Assembly: GCA_051884805.1 (NCBI GenBank)
Contig: JBJEWA010000110.1
Location: 11,204 to 75,203, forward strand
Reading direction: 5' to 3'
DNA: 64,000 nt
Source: Kiritimatiellia bacterium
GTDB taxonomy: Bacteria > Verrucomicrobiota > Kiritimatiellia > RFP12 > UBA1067
Part shown: positions 48,102 through 57,714 of the stretch, piece after piece
Layout: every line of letters starts with the position of its first letter
How positions within the stretch are numbered: the stretch's first letter is position 1
Program-made: the position numbers and the translations under genes
The notes under the pieces: generated by a model
What the model saw: the letters and a program-made list of their open reading frames with translations, nothing else
Told to the model about the DNA's origin: nothing
Database searches by the model: none

Positions 48102-50536
48102 GCCTTCTGTCGCGAAAGGCGACGGCGGACGAGCTTTCGATTCGCCTGGAGCGCGATGGCGTCGTCCTCTACGAGTCGACGTCTTCGGCCTTGCCGCTGC
48201 CGCTGAAGATCGGACGGGGAGCGGACTGCGCCTGGCGCGTGCCGGACGACGAGCGGTCGGTGAGTTCGCGCCACGCGGAGATCTTTCTCCGGCGCAAGGG
48301 CCTTTTCGTCAAGGATCTCGGCAGTCGCAACGGACTTTACGTGATGGGCGCACGCGTCGTCGAACGGCGGCTTGCGAGCGGCCTTCAGGTGAGCCTCGGG
48401 TCCTGCCGCCTGCTGGTCGAGAAAAGCCGCGCCGGCACCGGCGCGCGTGCGCGGCCCTTTCATCGGCTCGAACGGCTCAACGGCGAATCGGCAGGCGTCT
48501 TCTACGACCTCGTGAAGGCATCGACGGTCATCGGGTCCGGTGTGACGGATGGAATCCTGTGCTCGGACCTGCTCGTCTCCAAACGTCATGCGGAGATCGT
48601 CCGCAAGAGTGACGACACCTGCTGGATCCGGGACCTTGGCAGCCGCAACGGCACGCAGGTGAACAAGGTCGCGCTCAAGGACGCCGACCGCATGCTCCGG
48701 GACGGCGACGTGGTCTCGGTGGCGGACGTGGAGTTCAAGTTCAGGGACCGGCATTTCGAGCATGCGGGCGGACATCTCCTCGCCAAGCTTTGCGTGGCGC
48801 TTGTGACGGCGGCCGTCTGCGGCTCGGCGTACTTCGTGTGGCAGACGCTCTCGCCTTCGGCGACGTCGGTCATCCGGAACGCCACGCGCTGCGAAAGCGC
48901 GGGTTTGTTCGACGAGGCGCTGAAGATTCTCGAAACGGCGTCCGTTGCCCGCGGCGGCGAGTACTACCGTGACGAGGTCGCCCGCAAGCGCGGGGAAATC
49001 GAAATCTGGAAGAACACGGTCGACACCTGGCGGAAAGTGCGCCAACAGGTCGCGGGACGCGCCTGGGTTTCCGCAAGCAAGAATCTCGGTGCGCTCCTGA
49101 ACGCCAGCACCGAACGCTGGGGCTGGAATACGATGGACGCCCAGCAGGAGAAGCTCAAGGCCCGCAAGCTCAAGGAGCTGGTCGATGTCTTTCTGGCGGC
49201 GCGAACGGCGCTTGGCGGCACGTTCGCCGAAGACGAGGAGGGCGATGAACGGGCCGCGCTGAATCGGCTTCTGGTCGAAATGGACCGCGCGTTGCGCGAC
49301 CCGGCCTGGACGGATGCCATTCCCGCGGGTCCCTTGCGCGGCGACATGGCCGAACAGGCGGATGCCGTTCGCGAGGTGATTGCCGATCTTGACAGGATCG
49401 CCCGGACGCTCGTTCAGGTGCGGGTGAGCGGCCGGCAGGACCTGGACGGACTGCTCAAGCTCAATGAGAGCCTGCCGGTGCGCATCGGCGAGCTGGAGGC
49501 CGTCATCAGGCGCAATTCGGCCCGGGACGCGGAGCGGCGTGCGGCGGCCGAAAGGTCGGGACGCGTGTTCGTGACTTCTCCGATCGTCAGCCGGAACTGC
49601 GAGAAGTACCTGCCGACGCTCCGCGCCTTCCTCGTCTCCGGAGAAACGCTGGCGGAGAACGTCCGCCGGCTGGCGTCCGGGAGCTACGGTCTGACGCGCG
49701 AGATGCCCCTGCCGTCCGAAGGGCAGTGCGCCATTCATCCGGAGTTCGGTGAGATCCGGCGCAGCTACCAGATCGTCAACGCGCGGCTGTGCGGCGAGGT
49801 CGAGTCGTCCGTACGCGACCAGCTGTCCCGTCTCAGGGACGTCGGCCTGGACGCGAACGGACCGCTGCCGGCGTGCCTTGCCGACTTCCTTGACGAGGGC
49901 TTCCGCAATGCGGCGCTCGACTGCGACGCGTTCTCGCATCCTCGTCCGCATCTCCCCCGCACCGAACCGTGCGGACGATATGACGCCCTGCTCGGACTCG
50001 AGACTTTTGCCGACTATCTGCGGGAAATCGACGGCTCGCGGGAACTGCGCTGTGCGATGGACGGGTCGAGGCCCGTGCCGTCCGTCGTCCGCGCGACCGC
50101 GCTCCTGCGGCAGGCGGAGCGCTTCTCCCGTTTCGCGGCCTCCTCCTATGTCCGCCGGCTGATCGCCGAACCGACGGCAACGAACGTCCTGCGGGAGGCG
50201 GCCCGCATGACCTCCGACATCGACTCGAAACGCGCGTTGCTCGTCGAACTCCTCTGGAACGACGATTCCCCGGCGCTGCGGCGTCGGATTGTCGCCCGCG
50301 CACTGGCGATGGCGTTTGACGACAAGGGCTCGCTTGGCGACGATGCGCCGCTCGGCGTGCTCGACGACCTGCGGGCGCTCGGCCGCTCGGTCGCTGCGCT
50401 TAGGCGCAAGATCGAGCAGGATCCGGACCGCGTGGACGAATACCGGGCCGAAATTCTCAAAATCGCCATTCCAGGCCTGAACGGGGCGAACGCCATCTGG
50501 GAACAGGTGTCGAAAAAACGGGGGGGCTCGCGTTGA
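48098..50536 (+). CDS. Tandem-FHA membrane protein (two FHA domains, one TM, ~560-aa helical C-terminal region)
   Basis: ATGA overlap. FHA1: LKIGRGADCAWRVPDDERSVSSRHAEIF...GSRNGLYV. FHA2: TVIGSGVTDGILCSDLLVSKRHAEIV...GSRNGTQVN. TM: LCVALVTAAVCGSAYFVW. Confidence 0.85.
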   Translation: MSLLSRKATADELSIRLERDGVVLYESTSSALPLPLKIGRGADCAWRVPDDERSVSSRHAEIFLRRKGLFVKDLGSRNGLYVMGARVVERRLASGLQVSLGSCRLLVEKSRAGTGARARPFHRLERLNGESAGVFYDLVKASTVIGSGVTDGILCSDLLVSKRHAEIVRKSDDTCWIRDLGSRNGTQVNKVALKDADRMLRDGDVVSVADVEFKFRDRHFEHAGGHLLAKLCVALVTAAVCGSAYFVWQTLSPSATSVIRNATRCESAGLFDEALKILETASVARGGEYYRDEVARKRGEIEIWKNTVDTWRKVRQQVAGRAWVSASKNLGALLNASTERWGWNTMDAQQEKLKARKLKELVDVFLAARTALGGTFAEDEEGDERAALNRLLVEMDRALRDPAWTDAIPAGPLRGDMAEQADAVREVIADLDRIARTLVQVRVSGRQDLDGLLKLNESLPVRIGELEAVIRRNSARDAERRAAAERSGRVFVTSPIVSRNCEKYLPTLRAFLVSGETLAENVRRLASGSYGLTREMPLPSEGQCAIHPEFGEIRRSYQIVNARLCGEVESSVRDQLSRLRDVGLDANGPLPACLADFLDEGFRNAALDCDAFSHPRPHLPRTEPCGRYDALLGLETFADYLREIDGSRELRCAMDGSRPVPSVVRATALLRQAERFSRFAASSYVRRLIAEPTATNVLREAARMTSDIDSKRALLVELLWNDDSPALRRRIVARALAMAFDDKGSLGDDAPLGVLDDLRALGRSVAALRRKIEQDPDRVDEYRAEILKIAIPGLNGANAIWEQVSKKRGGSR

Positions 50537-50736
50537 AGGACGACGGTCGCAACGAAGGCGGATCCGTGCTCATGGAGTACCTCGTCGTCACGATGGCGGT
50601 GGCGCTTCCGCTTGTCGTCCTCTGGCATACGCAGATTTACGACTCGACGGAGGGTTGCTACCGCGGCGAGATAGGATTGGGGTTGCAGGCGATGTTTCAG
50701 CGGGTGCTGGCACACGTCGCCCTGCCGATTCCGTAA
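50533..50736 (+). CDS. Small Flp/TadE-like prepilin (67 aa)
   Basis: TTG start overlapping the upstream stop (TTGA). The leader, then G-SVLM-EY-LVVTMAVAL, fits the Flp G/xxxxEY processing motif. Confidence 0.6.
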   Translation: MKDDGRNEGGSVLMEYLVVTMAVALPLVVLWHTQIYDSTEGCYRGEIGLGLQAMFQRVLAHVALPIP

Positions 50737-50752
50737 ACAAGAAGGGAAACCG

Positions 50753-51106
50753 ATGAAAAAAGACCGCAAGATGAAATGTCGAATTCAACGGGCCAAGCGT
50801 TCCGCGCTCGGCCGTGTCCTCTGTCGCCTGGCGGGCGACGCGGCCGGCGCCGTGATGATGGAGTACATCGTTCTCGCCGTGCTGCTCGTCGCCGCGACCG
50901 TCGGCATCGTCGTCCTCTTCGGGCGCTACATGCGCGCCGAATGGTACACGGCCATGCTCGCGATGATGGGCAAGACCGACTCCGCCGCCGCGAACCAGGA
51001 GACGATGCAGGGCAATGTCAAGCAGAATGCCGAAACTGTCAACAACCAGGGCAACACGATTGACGGCGGCAGCAATTCGGGCACGCAGCATACGATGGCC
51101 GAATGA
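50753..51106 (+). CDS. flp: Flp-family pilin with long leader and Asn/Gln/Thr-rich C-terminal tail (117 aa)
   Basis: AG-AVMM-EY-IVLAVLLVAATVGIVVLFG matches the Flp motif. Tail: NQETMQGNVKQNAETVNNQGNTIDGGSNSGTQ. Confidence 0.8.
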   Translation: MKKDRKMKCRIQRAKRSALGRVLCRLAGDAAGAVMMEYIVLAVLLVAATVGIVVLFGRYMRAEWYTAMLAMMGKTDSAAANQETMQGNVKQNAETVNNQGNTIDGGSNSGTQHTMAE

Positions 51107-51636
51107 AGCCCGCCGTTCTTCTCCTCTGCCTGCTCGTGCCGTGGCTTGCGCTGCTGGCCTGGCGGGACTGCCGTGACCGTTGCCTGCCGAACGTCCTGAC
51201 GCTCGGCGGCGCGACGGCCGCGCTGGTCTGCCGCTACGCCTTCGGAGGGGGAGCGGTCGGGAATGCCGGCTTGCTGGGAGGCGTGTTCTGCGGACTGTTC
51301 CTCCTGTTGCCGTTCATCCTTCGTGCGGCTGGCGGCGGCGACGTCAAGATGCTCTTTGCCGTCGGTTGCGCGACGGGCGTGACGCGGACGATGGACGTCA
51401 TCCTCTTCACCTCGCTGGCCGGACTTGGACTGATGGCGTTCATGCTTTTCTGGGGAGCGGCGGACGGACGGCGCCTGAAGCATTTTCTGCGTTCGCTCTT
51501 CGACTGGCGCTACGACCGTGCCGCCGGACGGGCCGCCTTGCCGCCGAAGGATCACGAGCGGAGCCGAGTCCCGTTCGGCGTGGCAATCGCCGCCGGAACG
51601 GTCTTTGCTCTGGCATGGGAGGCGTCGGTCGGATGA
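51103..51636 (+). CDS. cpaA: Prepilin peptidase TadV/CpaA (A24 family)
   Basis: ATGA overlap. Multi-TM protein. Catalytic-type Asp contexts WRDCRDRCLPN and AAGGGDVKML. Confidence 0.85.
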   Translation: MKPAVLLLCLLVPWLALLAWRDCRDRCLPNVLTLGGATAALVCRYAFGGGAVGNAGLLGGVFCGLFLLLPFILRAAGGGDVKMLFAVGCATGVTRTMDVILFTSLAGLGLMAFMLFWGAADGRRLKHFLRSLFDWRYDRAAGRAALPPKDHERSRVPFGVAIAAGTVFALAWEASVG

Positions 51637-52388
51637 GTCGCCGCGGAACCGTGCTGATGGAAACGCTGCTGACGCTGCCGCTTCTGGCGGCGTTGGCCTT
51701 CGCCATTGTGCAGTTCTCGCTGGTCTGGTATGCGCAGCTGATGACGCATTACGCCGCCTTCAACGCCGCGCGTGCCGCGCTCGTCTACAACCCGTCGGAA
51801 TACCGGACCAACGTCAACGGCGTGGTCGTCTTCAAGACCTCCTCCGGACCCTGCTGGCAGGCGGCCGTACGGACGCTTGCCCCCGTGAGCTTCAGTCCTG
51901 CCGGCGGCAGCTCGAAGCTGACGGCCGGAGGCTGGTTCTTCCCGGATGCGGACGGAAACCCAACCCACCTTTTGCCGTACGCCTCGCACATTGGCGCGCA
52001 AGTGCGCCTGCTCGCGCACGACACGGACGCGTCCTACGGGGAAGACGGCGACACGCAATCGCTGGCCTGCGAGGAGGGAGGAGGGTATGTGAAGGTCTGC
52101 GTCGAGTTCGACTTTCCGCTCGTCGTGCCCGTAATCGGCAAGATGCTTGCCTATTTCCAGCACGTGGGCGATCCGGGCTATGGCGGAGCGACGCCAGCCG
52201 ACGACTGGCAGGTCACGGGCTGGCACGCGCCGTCGACGGGGAATGAAAAGCTCGCCGAAATCCGGTCGGCACATCGGCTCGGCACGGACTACCTGACGCT
52301 GCACGCATTCTGCGTCCTGCCGAAGCCCTACTTGACGAATGGCTTTGCCGTCCGCGACACCAAGGCCGACGAGGAGGCGCTCCAATGA
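51633..52388 (+). CDS. tadE: TadE-like pseudopilin
   Basis: ATGA overlap. N-terminus RRGTVLMETLLTLPLLAALAFAIVQF is the TadE-type motif. Confidence 0.75.
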   Translation: MSRRGTVLMETLLTLPLLAALAFAIVQFSLVWYAQLMTHYAAFNAARAALVYNPSEYRTNVNGVVVFKTSSGPCWQAAVRTLAPVSFSPAGGSSKLTAGGWFFPDADGNPTHLLPYASHIGAQVRLLAHDTDASYGEDGDTQSLACEEGGGYVKVCVEFDFPLVVPVIGKMLAYFQHVGDPGYGGATPADDWQVTGWHAPSTGNEKLAEIRSAHRLGTDYLTLHAFCVLPKPYLTNGFAVRDTKADEEALQ

Positions 52389-54865
52389 ACGGAATCCTGC
52401 GCGAATTCGTTCGGACGGTCGTGCGGCTCCGCCGCGACGAAAGCGGCGTCGTGCTCATGTTTACGCTTTCCGTGATCCTCATCCTGTATGTGCTCTGCTC
52501 CGGCGTCTATGCCGTCGGGGAAACCATTCGTGAGAAGATCGAGCTTCAGGCGGCCTGCGATTCCGCCGCCTATTCCGCTGCGCTCGCCCAGGCCGACGGC
52601 CTCTCCCGCATGGCGATGATCAACCGTGCCCTGTCATGGGTCTACGTCCAGCTGTCCAACATGGAGATGGACTACATCACGCACAAGTGGCTGAAGCTGA
52701 CGCTGAAGAGATTTGACGAAGACCGGGCGGCTTGCAGGAAATGGGCTGATCCGGTTACGGTGTGTATTGGCTGCAGCGACTGCGATGGCTATTTCAAGTC
52801 AGCGGGAAAAGGGTGGTTCTGCGGCTCCCACAACGGGGTGACGTTCCAGGACAATTACATCAAGATCAACGGCGCTTCGATTTCCACCAACGACATTAGT
52901 GACGCCGTCGCCGCGACGGAGAGCATGATCGCGGCTTACGAGCAGGCGATTCCCAGGATGAAGGCCCTGATCGAAACCCTGAACGGGATGCTGGCGGTCG
53001 TCAACGGACAGATGCATAATGCCATTGGCGGCACGGCCCAAGCCGTGCTTTATGCCAATCTGCCGCGGCGGATCAGTCCAACCGTTCCCGGCGTGACCGA
53101 AGTCGATGTCGACGTGGCGCGCGACTTCATCTGGCGAATCTGGCGAACGACGCCGCCCAATCCCTATCCCGAAGACGATGCGGACGAGGTGAGCGGCTAT
53201 TTCAGCGCCCTGCAGAACACCGAGAAGGACGAACGAATGTTCCTCGCCATGGGCGATGGTGCGGCGCATGCGGACCTGTTTTCGTTCTTCCGGGCAAAGG
53301 GGCAGGACAAGAACGGCGGACTGGATCAGTGGTACGTGAGGGGCAATCCTAAGGAAATCGAGCGGGATGAGCCGGAGATTGATTATGACTATTCGGCTCA
53401 GATCATGCGCGGAATCTGCCGCGTCTACAAGAACGCCAATCATAAAGGCATCAACAAGAAGTCGAAGGTGATGCGGGGGCGGCATACGGGCGTAATCTTT
53501 GATACGGCGCCTTCCTGCATCAACACCCAGGATTTCAACCCGGAGAAATGCCGGAGCATCGGCGACTCCGTTGCGCTGTACGCCGATTACGAATGGCGTT
53601 CGACGAAGCACTTGTGCGTCTGCCATCCGAAGTCGTGGGGGCGTGTCAGGCATAACAGTATCAATCTTCCAATGCCGAGCTTCGAAGGGCGCCACATAGG
53701 GGAGCATGGATATGGGATTGATGGAATTGCCTATTCGGCAAAGTCCAATTCGCGCAGTGCTTATGGCGCTGACAGTTGCTATTTCGATCAGGCCAAGTTT
53801 GCGCTCCACAGTCTGCTCCTGACAACGCCGTGCGATGAGATCAAGTCTTGGCTGCTCTTGCCGCCCTTTTCTTATCCCTATGGCTTCGGGCGCATCTATG
53901 GCGATGACCGGGAGATCTGCAACGAAACGACGTATCAGTATTATGCCGGCGAGGTCGCCAAGCCGTGGGTGCTGAATGAGCGTTTCTACGGGCAGGACGG
54001 ATCGATCGTCGTCGGTCTGGCGCGCAAGCAGCGCAACCCCTGGGCGGTGCTTTTGCGCCGTGCGGCGAATGCCGTGGGGATGGACGGTGTCATGAGCGCT
54101 TTCAATCCGACATCATATCGGGAAAAGACGTATGCGTCGGGCAATCCGGGTGCGGCCCCGATGACGGAGAACTACATAACGGCGTTTTCGGCGGCACGGG
54201 CGGCGCACCGCTACCATCCGTCTCCCGAGGCGGCGGAACTGATCGGCGGCGAGCATCCCGGCTGGGACGACGTGCGCTATTACGAGACGCGACACGATGC
54301 CGTCTGCAAGCATGTGGTCGTGCACGAATCGCCTGAGTTTTCCGACACCGGCGTCGGTTGCGTGTGCGATGCGGCGAGTGGCGCGACCAAGGACAACAGC
54401 AAGCGCTACGCCCGCTGCTGGAATCTGTGCGAAACGGACTGGGATGCGACACTGCTGCCGTTGCGTTTCGCCGCCTCAAGCGCTGGGGATTACGACAGTT
54501 TCGTCCGCAAGCAGGTCAAGTACTCCAGTGCCGTGAAGGACGACGACACCTTCCGGTCGGCGCTGGTTTCGACGAACGCTTACAATGCCGCGCTGGGTTG
54601 GTTGCCGTTCTATGATTCCGACGGGAGACTGCTCATGGACATGTCCGTCGACCTGTCGGATTATGTGCTGCAGTCGCCGGAAAGCAGGTTTCTCGCGATG
54701 CCGCAGCCGTTGCTCGTGCTGACAGCCCAGTCGCAGCCGGGCGCCCAGACGGACAGGCGCGGCTTCCTATGGTCATTTGACGTCAAGTCCCGCTCCTCTG
54801 AACAGCGTCAGCCGGGAAGGTGGCTGGACGAGTCGAAAGAAAACATCCGGCAACGGATACTTTGA
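52385..54865 (+). CDS. tadG: Giant Cys-rich TadG-like protein (826 aa)
   Basis: ATGA overlap. N-terminus DESGVVLMFTLSVILILYVLCSGVYAVGE...LQAACDSAAYSAALAQA resembles the TadG/Tad N-terminal domain. No MIDAS/vWA motif seen. Locally low GC. Confidence 0.65.
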   Translation: MNGILREFVRTVVRLRRDESGVVLMFTLSVILILYVLCSGVYAVGETIREKIELQAACDSAAYSAALAQADGLSRMAMINRALSWVYVQLSNMEMDYITHKWLKLTLKRFDEDRAACRKWADPVTVCIGCSDCDGYFKSAGKGWFCGSHNGVTFQDNYIKINGASISTNDISDAVAATESMIAAYEQAIPRMKALIETLNGMLAVVNGQMHNAIGGTAQAVLYANLPRRISPTVPGVTEVDVDVARDFIWRIWRTTPPNPYPEDDADEVSGYFSALQNTEKDERMFLAMGDGAAHADLFSFFRAKGQDKNGGLDQWYVRGNPKEIERDEPEIDYDYSAQIMRGICRVYKNANHKGINKKSKVMRGRHTGVIFDTAPSCINTQDFNPEKCRSIGDSVALYADYEWRSTKHLCVCHPKSWGRVRHNSINLPMPSFEGRHIGEHGYGIDGIAYSAKSNSRSAYGADSCYFDQAKFALHSLLLTTPCDEIKSWLLLPPFSYPYGFGRIYGDDREICNETTYQYYAGEVAKPWVLNERFYGQDGSIVVGLARKQRNPWAVLLRRAANAVGMDGVMSAFNPTSYREKTYASGNPGAAPMTENYITAFSAARAAHRYHPSPEAAELIGGEHPGWDDVRYYETRHDAVCKHVVVHESPEFSDTGVGCVCDAASGATKDNSKRYARCWNLCETDWDATLLPLRFAASSAGDYDSFVRKQVKYSSAVKDDDTFRSALVSTNAYNAALGWLPFYDSDGRLLMDMSVDLSDYVLQSPESRFLAMPQPLLVLTAQSQPGAQTDRRGFLWSFDVKSRSSEQRQPGRWLDESKENIRQRIL

Positions 54866-54886
54866 GGTTACAGCGAAAGGAATGAC

Positions 54887-55951
54887 ATGCGAAAGACAGT
54901 CAGGTGGAGTTGGGCCGTGGCGGCGGTGAGCGCCTGTGTGGCGGGCGCGGCGTTTGCGGCGAGCGAGCCGACGGGCGTCAGACCGTCGTTCAGACAGGAT
55001 CTCGGCGATGCCGACGGGCGCATGGCGGCCTACCTGTGCGCGTTGGGCGATTTCCGAAATGCCGCCGTCGAGAAGGCGTCGGCCGTAGTCGCCCGGCAGT
55101 TCGTCCCCGCCGCACAGACGAAGTGGAACGCCGACGTGGCGGCTGAGATGGACGATCGGCTGCTGGCGGACTTTTTCCGTGGCGCCATCGCGATGACCGG
55201 CCCCCAGACACCGGACGGCGGCATCGGAGGCCTGTACAACCCCTGGTGGGATGCGCTGCTGGTGATGCGTCTCAAGCCCAAGGAGAACGGTCCGGAAGCG
55301 TCCTTTGCGGTGACGGAGTTCCATTTCCTGAGCGGCGAGACCTTCCGCGGCGAACCCGTAGAGCGCGATCCGAAGGAGATTTCCTGCCGGACGGTCGTGC
55401 CGGAGGGCGATCCGCTTTCGGTCGAGCTGTGGCGCGTCGTCGCGGCAACGCGGCGGAAGTTCGAGCAGGCGTTTCCGATGGACGGAAAGGTCGGTTGGGG
55501 CGGATTTGCGTCCAAGCTGCTGGCGCTGGACCGCGTCCGCGAACATCAGCGCATCGTGGCGAGGGCGGCCTTGCGTCTCAAGCTCCGCCAGACGATTCTG
55601 CGCGATCCTGCGGCGCTGGGCAAGTCCAAGGTGTTCGAGAATCTCGTCAGGACTGGCAATCACTATCAGCTCTTCACCTACTTTCGCGATCCGAACTGTT
55701 TCGGCGTCATGCGGACGCTTTCGGAGCTGCCGGCGGTCTTCCGCCAGGATTTCACGCTTTATGGCTACGTGCCGACGACGGAGGGCGCCCAGTATCTTTA
55801 TGTGAACGCCAAGGTGCCGCGGCTTTACGCAACGATTGCGGTTCCGAAGGACGTCGGGAAAAGGCCGGCGTCGCTGGAATGGTTCGACCTGGCCCAGGCC
55901 GACGACCTGCTGCGCGTTTGGAATGCCCGTGACGACAAGGAGGCGAAATGA
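54887..55951 (+). CDS. Secreted protein of unknown function within the Tad operon
   Basis: Signal peptide MRKTVRWSWAVAAVSACVAGAAFA. 354 aa with no recognisable domain. Confidence 0.7.
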   Translation: MRKTVRWSWAVAAVSACVAGAAFAASEPTGVRPSFRQDLGDADGRMAAYLCALGDFRNAAVEKASAVVARQFVPAAQTKWNADVAAEMDDRLLADFFRGAIAMTGPQTPDGGIGGLYNPWWDALLVMRLKPKENGPEASFAVTEFHFLSGETFRGEPVERDPKEISCRTVVPEGDPLSVELWRVVAATRRKFEQAFPMDGKVGWGGFASKLLALDRVREHQRIVARAALRLKLRQTILRDPAALGKSKVFENLVRTGNHYQLFTYFRDPNCFGVMRTLSELPAVFRQDFTLYGYVPTTEGAQYLYVNAKVPRLYATIAVPKDVGKRPASLEWFDLAQADDLLRVWNARDDKEAK

Positions 55952-57714
55952 AAATGCAGAACTTGCGGTCTTCGGCCGTATCGGTCGTCCTGCTGTCGCT
56001 GTCCGTGTTTTCGCACGCTCCGGCACTGGCGCTGGAAGGCGGGAACTCGGGCGCTTCCTCGACGGGGTCCGGTTCCCTGTCGGCGGACGTCGCGACCCTG
56101 GTGACGGACAAGTTCGGGGAGGTCGTCGGCAGGACCGTCGCCGACGAGGGCCTGGCGCAGATGGTGACGGAAGCCGTCAAGACGAAAATCGACGAGGCGC
56201 TCCAAAAGGGCGAGAAGTGGGTTGAGGATGGCGGCATCCGCAAGACCGTCCAGGAGCAGTTGGAGAAGCAGCTTGACGGCAAGGTTTCCGACGCGGACAA
56301 GCAGCGCATCCTCAATCTTGCGGACACGCTCTGCAACGTCGGCGCCGACGGCGGCGTGAGCTTCGTCCAGACGCTTGGAAGCGACGGCAAGGACCTGGCC
56401 GTCTCGCTCGCGGTGAAGGAAATCGAGCGGCAGATCTCCTCCGCGCTGCCCAAAGACGTCGCGGACAACGTCAACGCCATGGTCGAGGTGCTGGCCGCTA
56501 CGGGGAACGTCAACGATCCGTCCGTCAGGGCGGAGATGATCAACGCGATCCAGTCGGCCGTCTCCGAATACGTGCCGTATGCGAATTCCGCCACGACGAT
56601 CAACGATCTCGTCCGGCAGATTGCGGACGGCCAGGCCGTGGACGTGATGACTGCGGCCAAGGACCTCGGCAAGAGCATCGGCGTGGACGCGCTCAAGGAG
56701 GCCGTTTCGGCGAATCTGGACAAGGCGGCTGCCGAGCGGGTGAACGCGCTGATCGACGCCTATACGAAGGATGGCGTTGGGGGCCTGACGGACGCCGCGA
56801 TCGCGGAGATCGTCGCGGCCATCGACAAGTATGCGCCCGGGACGGATTCCTCCAATGCGCTCAAGGACGTCGTCGGCAAGCTGAAGGACGGCACGATCCA
56901 GGCGTCCGACCTGAAGAAAGCCGCCACCGCACTCGGCGTGGACGGCACGAAGAAGCTGATCGATTCGAGCAATCTCACGGACGAGCAGAAGAATGCGGCC
57001 AAGGAGGCGGTTGATGCGATCGCTGAGAACGGCTGGTCCGGACTTACCGACTGCGTTCAGGAATACATCCGGCAGAATGTCACGGACAGGTTGGGTCAGG
57101 AGGCTGGCGATGCCGTCGCCAACATCTTTGAAGCCGTCGTCAATCCGGGCGTGGACGTCTGGGACGCGCTGAACACGAATGCGCCGATTATCGGCAAGGC
57201 GCTGGTCGATACGGCGCTGGTGAGAGTGGAGCAGTGGACGGCCGATCAGCTCGACCGGCTGATCGCCAAGAATCCCTTTATCGCCGAATTGTTCGGCAGA
57301 TTGGGCATCGACGGCAGTGGCATCGTCGCGGGCGTGAAGAACATCTGGAACGTTCTCAGCACCAAGGACATGGCGGAGGCCTTCGCCGAACTGTCGCAGA
57401 TGGCGGTTGATTTCCTGAAGGACATCGCCGCCAAGCTGATTGACTGGGGGGTCGAGGCGCTTATGAACTGGGCCAATTCGATCATCGGCAAGGTCATCGA
57501 TTGGCTTGCCCAGATGATCGGCAATGCCGCACAGGCGGTTGGCGACGTGCCGGCGATACGAAGCGCCTTGCAGAAGCTGCAGTGCGCGTTGTGCGCCGCC
57601 AAGACGAACGGCACGCTGACGGTGTCCGCCTGTGGCGTAGGTTCGAATGTCGTCAACTGGATCGAGGGCAAGGTCAATTCGAAAAAGAAGACGGAAGGCA
57701 AGATCGACAAGTGA
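55948..57714 (+). CDS. Secreted Ala/Asp/Lys-rich, predicted all-helical protein of unknown function (588 aa)
   Basis: ATGA overlap (alternative ATG 55954). Signal peptide LRSSAVSVVLLSLSVFSHAPALA. Low-complexity helical sequence throughout. Confidence 0.7.
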   Translation: MKMQNLRSSAVSVVLLSLSVFSHAPALALEGGNSGASSTGSGSLSADVATLVTDKFGEVVGRTVADEGLAQMVTEAVKTKIDEALQKGEKWVEDGGIRKTVQEQLEKQLDGKVSDADKQRILNLADTLCNVGADGGVSFVQTLGSDGKDLAVSLAVKEIERQISSALPKDVADNVNAMVEVLAATGNVNDPSVRAEMINAIQSAVSEYVPYANSATTINDLVRQIADGQAVDVMTAAKDLGKSIGVDALKEAVSANLDKAAAERVNALIDAYTKDGVGGLTDAAIAEIVAAIDKYAPGTDSSNALKDVVGKLKDGTIQASDLKKAATALGVDGTKKLIDSSNLTDEQKNAAKEAVDAIAENGWSGLTDCVQEYIRQNVTDRLGQEAGDAVANIFEAVVNPGVDVWDALNTNAPIIGKALVDTALVRVEQWTADQLDRLIAKNPFIAELFGRLGIDGSGIVAGVKNIWNVLSTKDMAEAFAELSQMAVDFLKDIAAKLIDWGVEALMNWANSIIGKVIDWLAQMIGNAAQAVGDVPAIRSALQKLQCALCAAKTNGTLTVSACGVGSNVVNWIEGKVNSKKKTEGKIDK

